A stretch of 64,000 nt of DNA. Source: Balanoglossus misakiensis (lineage: Eukaryota > Animalia > Hemichordata). The translations under genes and the position numbers were made by a program. Positions within the stretch are counted from its first letter, which is position 1. Every line of letters begins with the position of its first letter. The notes below the pieces were generated by a model. The model ran no database searches and was not told the origin of the DNA. It saw only the letters and a list, made by a program, of their open reading frames with translations. This document shows, one piece after another, positions 50,486-61,346 of this stretch. The stretch lies in NCBI GenBank assembly GCA_040954595.2, contig CM082577.2:14081903-14145902 (forward strand). Reading direction: 5' to 3'.

Positions 50486-52844
50486 CGACGCGCGCGTATC
50501 CCGGCCCGTAGCCCCTACCTACGGGCCAGAGACTCTGTCAACCATGTAATATCACGTTTTTTTCTACGTCACGTGGTTTGGTCTCAGCCAAGCAAGAGTA
50601 CGGAATACAGCGCGAGCTCTAATAATTTATGCACACAGTGTAAGTAGACTTAAGTTTTGACCCTTCTTTCACTCTATCTTGTAGTATGTTGTTAGGACTG
50701 CACACTGCCATTTGGCCATGACTGTACATAATATATTTACAACCTGGTCTCTGGTTTGGTACATGCACATAAGATGACCATCGCCCTTTAATGGGTGGGT
50801 GTCGGTCCCATATGCGGCTGCATTCATGGGTCCCATTAAAACACAGTTGATAGCAAGTCACAGAAGGCACAAGTGTAACCTATTAGCTACAATATGTCTT
50901 GTAAAAATTGCGTTTGTTACTTTGTACATCATGACAAACAATAAATCATTACTATTATCATATCAAGTTATTTTGATATAACATGTCTTGATTGGCAGGG
51001 TCTCTAATGATATTCCAATGTATCCAATGTTTATAAACAAAACTCTTCACACATGGACCCCTTCCTTTAATCTTCACTACAACAACATCCAAGTTTTGTT
51101 CTATTATTTCTGATAAATATTGTATGAAGACTGATTTCAATAAAACACATCGAAACCTTGGTTTCACTTTTGCAGTCAGCACAATCCCCACAGTACAGGT
51201 CTCGCAAAGTGTGCATACTATATTACTATTAAATGAAAACAAGTTACAGCCATCTCTAATTTACATATGTCCATACATGATTAAAACAAGTGACCTGACA
51301 GTCAAAAGAGCTCTTCTGACTTTAACAGTGTAAGCTGGGCAATGATATGAATACCCTAGGTTTTAATTCATAACAATTGTTTGGGTGAGCACGTTGCTTT
51401 GTTGTTTGTGTACATACATGTGCAAAGTATTGAGCATATATAATTATTGTGATTAGCTGTTTGTGAAAGTGATTATGTGATGTTGTGAAGGGCTGAAGAA
51501 AAAGTACAAGGGACTTAAGGTTCCAATTCAATAACTTTTATTAAACCTGAGAAGAAGAACAATAGTAACAGTGCCAATTAACAAAATCAGGGACACCATA
51601 ACACACATTCCTACCAAATTTCAGCTCCATCGTTCATGTAGCTAGGGAGAAGATTTTTGACCAAAAATTTCAGCTAAATATGCCAAGTTGTTTTAAAGAA
51701 GAAGATTGAAATACCAAAAGTTGGACGGACACTTATCAACCTTCTGTTACAGCTCGGCTGACACAAGTGACAGCAGAATTAGAACTAAAAAGTGTGTACA
51801 AGTCTTCAAACGACCATCTGATGGCAAATTCTTTTACATGTGTACACCCAATGAAAATTGTGATTGGCTAGATCTCCACTGTCTTATGGTAACTGTGGCT
51901 AAATTGGCATACCGTACACGTGTATAGGTATAACCATAGACTCTCACATTCACAAACACAATAATAAATACCGTACATCTTCTGTCACAATAGAAACCAG
52001 TGTGCAATATACACAGAACGTAACACCTTTTGGAGTTAATTCACGTCATCTTCGCGCACCACTCGGTCGGGGTGCAGTCTCCCTGTTATCCAGCCCATAG
52101 CACACAGCTCCTATAGTTTGCTTACATTTATTTTGGTCCATTGCTAATCTCAACATCGTAGCCTTATACAGATTAAAGTGGTCACCACGGTAGTGTAATA
52201 AAACCGCCAACCCCGGCATCACCTACCTGCTGATCATATTGAAAGATATTTTAGCATGACATAGAATAATATATGGTTCTGTGTACAGTTCAGTGTAAAC
52301 AATATTTTTCTGCTGAAGTGTGGTGCCAAAAATAGCAATAGTAGAGTCTGTCTCTAAATGCGTTCCGTGCATGATTGGCTGTGTACATGCCATTTTAAAC
52401 CATGTGATGGCGCATGTCAAACAGCTATCAATTGCAGTCCATGACGCCAAGGGAGTTTACTCACGTAAACTTAGTCTGGCTAGCAAAGATAAGTTGTATT
52501 AGGTTATCATATATCTAAGGAAGTAGGTATGTAAAAGATATGGCATTTTTGTTTTAAATAATCCATCTTATGGCCAAATACGTATATTTTGCTTCGTTGG
52601 CAATTTGGTTGGAGTTACAATCAAGAAAGTTTCAAAACCTTCCTTGTATATCAATACTGTATTTTAAATAATTCTTTTGTTTGTATAAATCAAATATCCC
52701 TAGAAATGCTTCTAAGAATTTGAATGCCCAAGTCATCTTCCATATACCAGTATACCCAAATGTTTTCTTTTTTCGTAATAAATTTAAGTTCCAAATTTAT
52801 ATCACTGCTAGGCCAATTCGTTTCATTATCAAATTTCGTTATTT

Positions 52845-54358
52845 TATTTTCTCGACCAATCAACATGGACGTATTTAGACTGCAGAGGTAAATATGGCAC
52901 ATATAAAGTTTATGTTAACACAAATATATATATTTCGACCAATTAACATTCACATCTCTCACCATTCTTTTTTTTATCTTTGCATGCAACATGGTGATAA
53001 ATTAGATGGCAACAACAAGTGGAGAGATGATCTTCGATGTGGAGCAAATTTTCCCCTTCCTGATGGCAGTCCAGCCGAGTGTAACCCAGATGGTATATAT
53101 CCTTGCTGTTCACCTTACAATTGGTGTGGTAATACAGCAGATCACTGCACATGCGCCAACTGCATAGACTACAGAGGTAAATATTGTACATATGAAGTTT
53201 ATGTTAACACAAATATATATATTTTGACCAATTAACATTCACATCTCTCACCATTCTCTTTTTTTATCTTTGCATGCAACCTGATGATAAATTAGATGGC
53301 AACAACAAATGGAGAGATGATCTTCGATGTGGAGCAAGTTACCCCCTTCCTGATGGCAGTCCAGCCGAGTGTAACCCAGATGGTATATATCCTTGCTGTT
53401 CACCTTACAATTGGTGTGGTAATACTGCAGATCACTGCACATGCGCCAACTGCATAGACTACAGAGGTAAATATGGTACATATAACATTTATGTTAACAC
53501 AAATATATATATTTCGACCAATTAACATTCACATCTCTCACCATTCTCTTTTTTTATCTTTGCATGCAACCTGATGATAAATTAGATGGCAACAACAAGT
53601 GGAGAGATGATCTTCGATGTGGAGCAAGTTACCCCCTTCCTGATGGCAGTCCAGCCGAGTGTAACCCAGATGGTATATATCCTTGCTGTTCACCTTACAA
53701 TTGGTGTGGTAATACTGCAGATCACTGCATATGCGCCAACTGCATAGACTACAGAGGTAAATATGGTACATATAAAATTTATGTTAACACAAATATATAT
53801 TATATTTCGACCAATCAACGTTCACATGTCTCACTATTCTCTTTTTTTCTTTGCATGCAACCTGATGATAAATCAGATGACAACAACAACAAGTGGAGAG
53901 ATGATCTTCGATGTGGAGCAAGTTACCCCCTTCCTGATGGCAGTCCAGCCGAGTGTAACCCAGATGGTATATATCCTTGCTGTTCACCTTACAATTGGTG
54001 TGGTAATACTGCAGATCACTGCACATGCGCCAACTGCATAGACTACAGAGGTAAATATGGTACATATAAAATTTATGTTAACACAAATATATATTATATT
54101 TCGACCAATCAACGTCCACATGTCTCACCATTTTCTTTTTTCTTTGCATGCAACCTGACGATTAATTAGATGGCAACAACAACAAGTGGAGAGATGATAA
54201 TCGATGTGGAGCAAGTTACCCCCTTCCTGATGGCAGTCCAGCCGAGTGTAACCCAGATGGTATATATCCTTGCTGTTCACCTTACAATTGGTGTGGTAAT
54301 ACAGCAGATCACTGCACATGCGCCAACTGCATAGACTACAGAGGTAAATATGGTACAT
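52845..54358 (+). repeat. Tandem exon+intron repeat, ~290-bp unit x5 plus a deleted remnant
   Basis: Exons start at 53006, 53296, 53586, 53877 and 54170; introns nearly identical. Remnant exon tail tagactgcagag|gtaaat at ~52876-52893. Confidence 0.95.
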
Positions 54359-56846
54359 ACCCAGTCCAATTCTTGCTTTTTACTGATTAACATCGGAGTG
54401 TGCTTATCATGGTGCAGTGATGCAATTTCATATTATCCTTGCGATTTTAAGGCAAACAATTTGAATTTCATGGACCCAAAGCATGGCCGAGTACAGTGTC
54501 CAGGTCATATCAAAAAGTTGTGTATCTCAAGTTATTAATGGGTATACATTTCAGACCCTTTGTATACACAATTTGCAGATTATTTATGCTGCAGTCAGAA
54601 ACAGCAATATACACCCACATCACATTTCCTTGCACAATGTTAATATTAACTGAAAACATGTCCATGGTTTTACCAGGTACACACTCATCAGAAAAAGCAG
54701 GGATTGCAATGGACAACAGTGTTGAGGTGGTAACACATGAGCATCGCGTTTGATTATGTAAACACAAGGCTTTCAACCCCTTTACCCCTAGTTCCCTCTT
54801 TAGAAGTTCAACACTACCATAGAAAACAATGGCTTTGGACTAAACCATGGTGGTGAAACGGTTAACGTCTTTGCACATTTATTTATGTCTGACAGGACAA
54901 AATACAGAAGCCCCACCCACAGCAGCACCGCCCACAGAAGCCGCTCCAACAGAGCCAGCACCAACAACTGAAGGTGAATAACTTTTTCTTTCTAATTCAA
55001 CTTTACTTTTTGACCTTCCTGTATGTTTTCAGCAGATTCAACCCTTTCATTAGTAAGTGCACGTACCGGTTATAAGTATGATATAAATATATTACAAAGT
55101 TTATATTCCCTACTTCATGCGAGAAATCAAATTCGAGTTCATTGAGGGTGAGAGATTATAATGATAATGCGTGATAATGTTGTAATTTATTTTGTTTGGC
55201 ATGCATTCAAAACATGACCAGGACAACCTTTGAGTAAGTCTCATCATAAGATTACAAGATTAAATTTTGTAATGCATGGACATTGATTTTTTCTAGCTAA
55301 ATGTTTTGAAAATGATTAGTAAAATGGTCTGTCGAACCATAGCGCAATCGGGAAATTTGCAGTGATTAATCGAAAGTGTCACTTTGCAGCCTCATAGGAA
55401 AATTTAAAATGGCTGGCTTTGTGTACACGTAGAAATGAGAATGAAAATAGTTCAGAAATGTGCACTGATGCAACTGTGCATTGGAGTGTATTACTGCGTG
55501 GATAAAAGTTACATAACGATTAGTATCCAGGTATATGTTAAATGCTTTCCTTACATACTTTCTATCCTTGACATGTTGTTTTAAATTTTCATCGATATAT
55601 GCAGCAACTGTGATTCCAACATTGCCACGTAAGTATCCAACCTATCATTTATTGCGCTTTTTTATATTCTATTTTCCAACTTTGTCCATTTAATTGAGCT
55701 TACTGATTGGGTAACATCTGGTATTACCAACCACTGATTGTAGCTGTATGTTATCATTTGAACAAGTTATAATAAGAAATAAGACTCGTTAGTCAGCCAC
55801 CCACTGCAAGAATACAAACCTGTTGTGGTATGTGCCTGTGGGTCTTAAAATTCAATATGGTGTCGTCTGAAAATTCGAAATGGTGTCGTCCGTCCATTCA
55901 GGAAAGACGTAGATTTTGAAAAACTGAGTTAACACAAAGATGGCAGCTTGAATTTCAAAAAATACTGTTGCTCTACCGTTCAAATGTTTGCACACTGACT
56001 GAAATATAAGAGGGAATAATCTAATGATGGCTTGAGCAAAATATGATAAAAACTCAGGACTGATTTCCAAGGCGCATACTACTTTAATACACCATTGCTG
56101 TACAGCTTGCACGTTTCCACCTGGCATGGAGAATGTGGCACAAGGCAAAGTAACTAGCCAGAGTTCAGACAAACCAAGAAAGGATTCAGCTGCTGGCAAT
56201 GCAGTGGATGGAGATTATAACAGCGATGCAACATCTGGGGCATGTTCCTGGACAAACAAAGAGTACCAACCATGGTGGAAGGTGGACTTGGGTCAGAATT
56301 ACAATATCTATGAGGTCGTCATCACGAACAGAGGAGACTGCTGTCGTAAGTTGGATTTTCTCATTAGCCGCCATTTCATACTGTATAGCTAGTTCTTTTA
56401 CTTGATAATTCTGCACACCTGTACTTGCCCGCAGACAAAGTCATTCAAAGTCAGAGTCAGTCAGTGTATTATTTCCTTAAATTACGCCATACATACACAC
56501 ACTTCCATATACTGGTACATACTGCTGCATGCATGCATGCACACACACACACATGCACACACACAGTTTAATAGTTCCAACTTTCGTGTGACATTTTCTA
56601 AATGACTTTTAATGTCTATTTGCAGCCTTCCGTATCAAACATGCCGAGATCCGTGTGGGTGACAGTGCCGACTTCCACGACAATCCAGTTTGTGGGATGA
56701 TGATACTTGGCAGAATGGTCAAAGAACAGCCTATTCACGTCAGGTGTGGCTGCGAAACCCCAATGAGTGGAAGATACGTCAGTGTCCAAATCATAGATAT
56801 GGAACAGCAGCTAACGTTGTGTGAAGTCGAAGTCATGGCTGCTTAA
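53006..56846 (+). CDS. Multidomain lectin: 5x hevein-like modules + Pro/Thr/Ala linker + F-type lectin (fucolectin) domain; 5' exon not found
   Basis: Phase-1 exons 53006-53176, 53296-53466, 53586-53756, 53877-54050, 54170-54343 (KWRDDLRCGASYPLPDGSPAECNPDGIYPCCSPYNWCGNTADHCTCANCIDYR), 54896-54973 (QNTEAPPTAAPPTEAAPTEPAPTTE), 55605-55628, 56106-56345 (NVAQGK..QSS..AGNAVDG..CSWT..PWWKVDLG..VVITNRGDCC), 56626-56846 (PFRIKHAEIRVG..GRYVSV..LTLCEVEV, TAA). AATAAA downstream. Confidence 0.88.
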
Positions 56847-58063
56847 GTCACGACCGCACCACGATTCAATTACCAAAACAAGGAGGGATAATATATAGAA
56901 AATCTTCATTCTACTTTTTGGTGTTGGGCAGTAAAATAGCATGATAATAAACAAGGATCTTACACAGGCTAAACGAAAGTGAAAGTTATCAGGCAGAATT
57001 ATTTAATTAATTTAATTATAACATGTAATTTTGGGGGAATAAATATAAAGGTGGATACTTGGGAATAAAGTTTGACATATTTCAGTCAACTGATGGTAAT
57101 TGACCATTTTTATCGCAAACATGTTGATCAACACGGGACATATACCCTTTCATACTTTGCAATAAGGTGGCCTGCACAAATAGTGACACCAGGGTGTTCA
57201 ATTGTATTTGTTTCGACCGCATTGTCACCGTAGCTGCGGTTCATGGAGAATGTAAATATAGTTACAGAGTGGATTGCGAGTTTATGTCGAAAACGTTCCG
57301 CGTGTGAATAACCACTTCAAAATCTAGACTTCTATTACATAATCAGCCAATTAATCAAACAATCGTTTGATCGATCAAGCAATCAATCTCTATTACTCCA
57401 ATTTGGCCAACATAACACACCACACCATAACACAAAACGACACAACACAATTCGAAACATTTCGAGAATGTGCAGAAGCAATTAGCAGACAGCTACTCTT
57501 CATGCATACAAGTTCATGGCTAGAATAGATAGCATTAATTTGTGATGCTTGATGGATGTTGCTATTTTCTTGAAATTATTAATGGCTGACTGTTAACATA
57601 TCCCTTAATATACCAGTGGTTCACCCAAAAGTTCATGGTCATATTCTTTGATATAAAATGACATCTAACGTACGGTTGGTATTCAAAATTCCAGATGGCG
57701 GGCAAATTCAGCAACGTGGTGCAGACAACGACTGCGCAGACGAAACGCCACCAGGCTGATTAGGCGCCATGCCTGATACCTGTTACGTGTCTGGCAGCTC
57801 TAAAAGTATATACTGGATGTCGAAATATTGTTTGCCCATCACCTAGAAATGGCAAATGCCGTGGGTCACATTGGACAGGTCACGTGATTGATATTAAAGA
57901 ATTTAATTCGCTTGGCAGCATGTGCACACCTAAATGTGTCAAGAAAATTACACTTTAAATTAATCTTCTATATAGTATTTTGGTTTTCATTTTCTCCGGT
58001 CCAAAGCACACAACCTGACACTGACAGCTATAGGGTAATATGTTCACTTTGGGTCGTTGGTTT

Positions 58064-59559
58064 TGTTACGGGCAGAAAATCACATTATTGATGCTGTTAC
58101 TTAGGATCTTGACTCATTTTTCAATACCATTGTCTGACATGGCAAGGAGAACCACCGCACATTTATTAGCATGCATGTTACTCCAGAGGTCGACAAAAAG
58201 ACAAGAAGAGTCCTGAAGATTATAAGAGACACAGTAGATGTCTGCCTTGTGGACACTTCATTAGGCCGACGCCTTGCGAATGTGAGAAAATAGTTTTATG
58301 GGTAAAAAGAGTACTAAAATCAGTCCAGCGTAAAAAAGCGACAGATAGTCTATGCCTGTGTAAGTTCGGCTTCTGTATTACCAGTGAAGTTGCCGCTGGT
58401 GGTGCGTAGGTTTCGTGGACAACTGGCCCATATAACTGTCCGCTTGAAAATTGTCATCGGATGAATCAATGCGATCAGTGTTTAAATGGTTCTATGGGCA
58501 TGCATGCATTGCATGACTATACCATGGTAATAACATATTTTTATCTGGGTGAACTTGATATGAAATCCGGTGACGTGCAAGATATGTTTTGACTTTGGAT
58601 GAGAATTCTCTTGAAGTTGGAGTTATGGGTTATTTTGATTAACCTTCTGACTTGAACATTGGTGGCGCTATCTGTCAGAAGAGTGTCCCTTTCAGTTATT
58701 TACTATGTGTTGCCTATTCTTTATTTAACGAATTTCATTGAATTCGCAATGCTGCATTCAAAATGTCGTTAAATATGCAAATTGGTAGTAAATTAAAATG
58801 ATAAAAATGTTAAGCAGTGTCTATGTAGGATTTATAGGGAGTTTCATACCATTGCTGCAAACACAGACTTTGTTTTAGACTGCAAATTGCACAGATTTGT
58901 TAAACTGCCAATAAGTAGTTAATTAACGGGACAATAAGAGATATTTTGTGAAGCTTCAAGAGCAAATGAAGGAAACCACAGTGTGATGATGAGGTCATTT
59001 TAGTGTGACCTTTACTGGCTAGTAAGATTTCTTTTGTTTTGGGTGACCAGGTGTTGATGAATATTCATTTGATTGACATGTATAAATACACATGCTACCA
59101 TGTGGTATGGTTGCCAATTTTTCGCTGGACACTGTGCCGATAGCTTCAGTGCTGGGGACTCCATGCTGCTGTTTGGGACCTTTCGCAGGCCGTTTTGTTT
59201 GACTTCAAGGACTTCAGAAGTTGTGAGTGCATACACACCACTTGGACCTAAACCAGACTTTGCTGCTGTTTTGTTTGACTTCGAGTTGTAAATACACACC
59301 ACTCGGACTGAAACCAGACTTTCCTGTACGTCGGAAGTCTTTGACTTTACTGCATATTTGCTGCTCGTGTGCTTCACGACTGGAGTCCTAGCTGAGTATA
59401 TGGAGTGCTGTGTGTGTTGCTCAGTTTGGTTCGCATTCATTGTTTTATGACCTGTTAATCCCTTTTTTGCCTGCAACTTAATTTTGTTAGTATAGCGAAT
59501 AGCCATTAAATACTTTTTATAAAAGGAAAACCACTGACTTCGCCCTTTCTGTCATAACA
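58064..59559 (+). mobile_element. 5' LTR of Gypsy element
   Basis: TGTTACGGGCAGAAA ... TTTCTGTCATAACA inverted termini, followed by a primer-binding site. The 5' boundary cannot be confirmed because the 3' LTR lies outside the window. Confidence 0.7.
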
Positions 59560-59564
59560 GAAAT

Positions 59565-59581
59565 TGGGGGCTCGTCCGGGA
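59565..59581 (+). other. Primer-binding site (tRNA-Pro)
   Basis: TGGGGGCTCGTCCGGGA, 5 nt after the LTR end. Confidence 0.85.
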
Positions 59582-59672
59582 GCATTTGAATTTGTGCACT
59601 CGTTTGAAAATTGTCCAATTTATTAGTCGTTATATTTGTTTCGGCTTTGTGTGAACTCAGCGGTTTTCCGAC

Positions 59673-61346
59673 ATGCCAGACTTTAGCCCTGAAGCGTTTA
59701 TGAAGGAGCCCGATCAAGATGTGTTTGATTCTCTCAGAAAAGAACAGCTTATCATATTAGCACAGTTTCTAAAGGTCCCTGTTAAAAGGTCTATGAGAAA
59801 ATTAGAGATACAATACAAGGTAGCGAAACATTTGGTTGATTTGGATGCGTTTGATGAAACTGCTCTAAAATGTTACGTTTCCGAGTCGAAAGAAATAGAA
59901 CTTAAAAAATTAGAAACCCAGTTAGAACTTAAGAGAATTGAACTTCAAATGCAACTTGAAGAGAAGGGGAGAGAAGAAAGAACTGACAACGTAGAACTAC
60001 AACGGATGGAATTAGAAATGAAAAGATTAGAGTTAGGTGGTAGGTCAGGTTATCTTGAGACATCTTCAAGTTCGTACAGTTTTGACGTCACAAAACATTT
60101 TAAATTGGTTCCTCATTTCCAGGAGAAAGATGTCGATAAATATTTTCTTCATTTCGAGAAAGTTGCTGAAAGTATGAAGTGGCCTAAAGAATTTTGGTGC
60201 ATGCTTTTGCAGAGTGCTTTGATTGGTAAAGCCAGAGAGGTTTACATACAATTATCAGTTAAACAAGCTTCTGATTATAACACTGTTAAAGAATTAATAC
60301 TTAAGGGCTACGAGTTGGTCCCGGAAGCTTACCGCCAGAAGTTTCGAGATTGTGAGAAAGCAAGGGATCAAACTTATGTTGAATTCGCTCGAACAAAAGA
60401 GCAGCTGTTTGACCGTTGGTGTTTTTCTGAGAAGGTTGATGATAAATTTGAAAAGCTACGACAGCTTGTCTTGATTGAAGAGTTTAAAAGATGTATACAT
60501 GGGGATATCAGAACGTTTATCGGGGAACAAAAAGCAGAAACGTTGGACGTTGCTTCACGTTTGGCCGATGATTATTCATTGATTCATAAAACACAGGTTG
60601 TCAACAAACCATCCCAGTCATTTTCATATAGAAATAACACAGGGAAATTTAACTCGCTGTCTCCAAAAGATAGTCAGTTTTCGTACAAATCAAATAGCAG
60701 TTCACAAAGTTCCCGTGTGAACTCAAAGCCTACCGATGTCAAGTCACAAGTTCCCTCTGCTGGAAGGCATTTTGGTACCATCACTTGTAGTTACTGTAAG
60801 AAAGAGGGTCATTTGATATCAGATTGTTTCAAATTGAAAAGAAAACGGGAAAATAATCAAAGTGCAGGATACAAGCCAACTGGCTTTATTGCTTCATCAT
60901 CCAGACTTGAGTCTAATGATATTAATGATGTGGTTAACACATTTTCTGAGGTTGAATTTCCAGCCAAGGAAGTCAAGAGTAAATCTCATGATAGCATTAT
61001 GGGTATTTTCGGACCATTTATTCATGAAGGTTTTGTATCACTTTCAAGTGATTTGTCTTGTGCGACTCCTGTTAAGATTTTAAGAGATACTGGGGCTTCT
61101 CAGTCTCTTTTGTTGGTAGATACATTGCCGTTTTCTGAAGAGTCGTTTTCAGGTTCAAACGTTCTTATTAAAGGTGTAGATTCTATTGAGTATACGCCTG
61201 TTCCACTCCATAATGTGTATTTGTCTTCGGACTTAGTTTCAGGGCCTGTGACTTTGGGTATTAGGTCTCTTTACCTTTTGAGGGGATTCACCTTATTCTT
61301 GGAAATGACATTGCGGGGGACAGAGTTGTCACAAATCCACTTGTGA
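59673..61346 (+). CDS. gag: Gypsy (Gmr1-type) Gag + protease; frameshift near 61267
   Basis: YFLHFEKVA..W..LLQSALIGKA..YELVPEAYRQKFR (SCAN-like capsid), zinc knuckle CSYCKKEGHLISDC, protease ILRDTGASQS. The frame switches at GIRS/SLPFEGIHLILGND. Confidence 0.9.
   Translation: MPDFSPEAFMKEPDQDVFDSLRKEQLIILAQFLKVPVKRSMRKLEIQYKVAKHLVDLDAFDETALKCYVSESKEIELKKLETQLELKRIELQMQLEEKGREERTDNVELQRMELEMKRLELGGRSGYLETSSSSYSFDVTKHFKLVPHFQEKDVDKYFLHFEKVAESMKWPKEFWCMLLQSALIGKAREVYIQLSVKQASDYNTVKELILKGYELVPEAYRQKFRDCEKARDQTYVEFARTKEQLFDRWCFSEKVDDKFEKLRQLVLIEEFKRCIHGDIRTFIGEQKAETLDVASRLADDYSLIHKTQVVNKPSQSFSYRNNTGKFNSLSPKDSQFSYKSNSSSQSSRVNSKPTDVKSQVPSAGRHFGTITCSYCKKEGHLISDCFKLKRKRENNQSAGYKPTGFIASSSRLESNDINDVVNTFSEVEFPAKEVKSKSHDSIMGIFGPFIHEGFVSLSSDLSCATPVKILRDTGASQSLLLVDTLPFSEESFSGSNVLIKGVDSIEYTPVPLHNVYLSSDLVSGPVTLGIRSLYLLRGFTLFLEMTLRGTELSQIHL

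Noticed and set aside
52845-54358. Regular repeat array as CRISPR-like
   Set aside because: Units are whole exon+intron duplications with no unique spacers; eukaryotic context and no cas genes.
56972-56986. IRF/ISRE-like motif AACGAAAGTGAAAGT
   Set aside because: Single short match in the 3' UTR or flank of the lectin gene; function cannot be supported from sequence alone.
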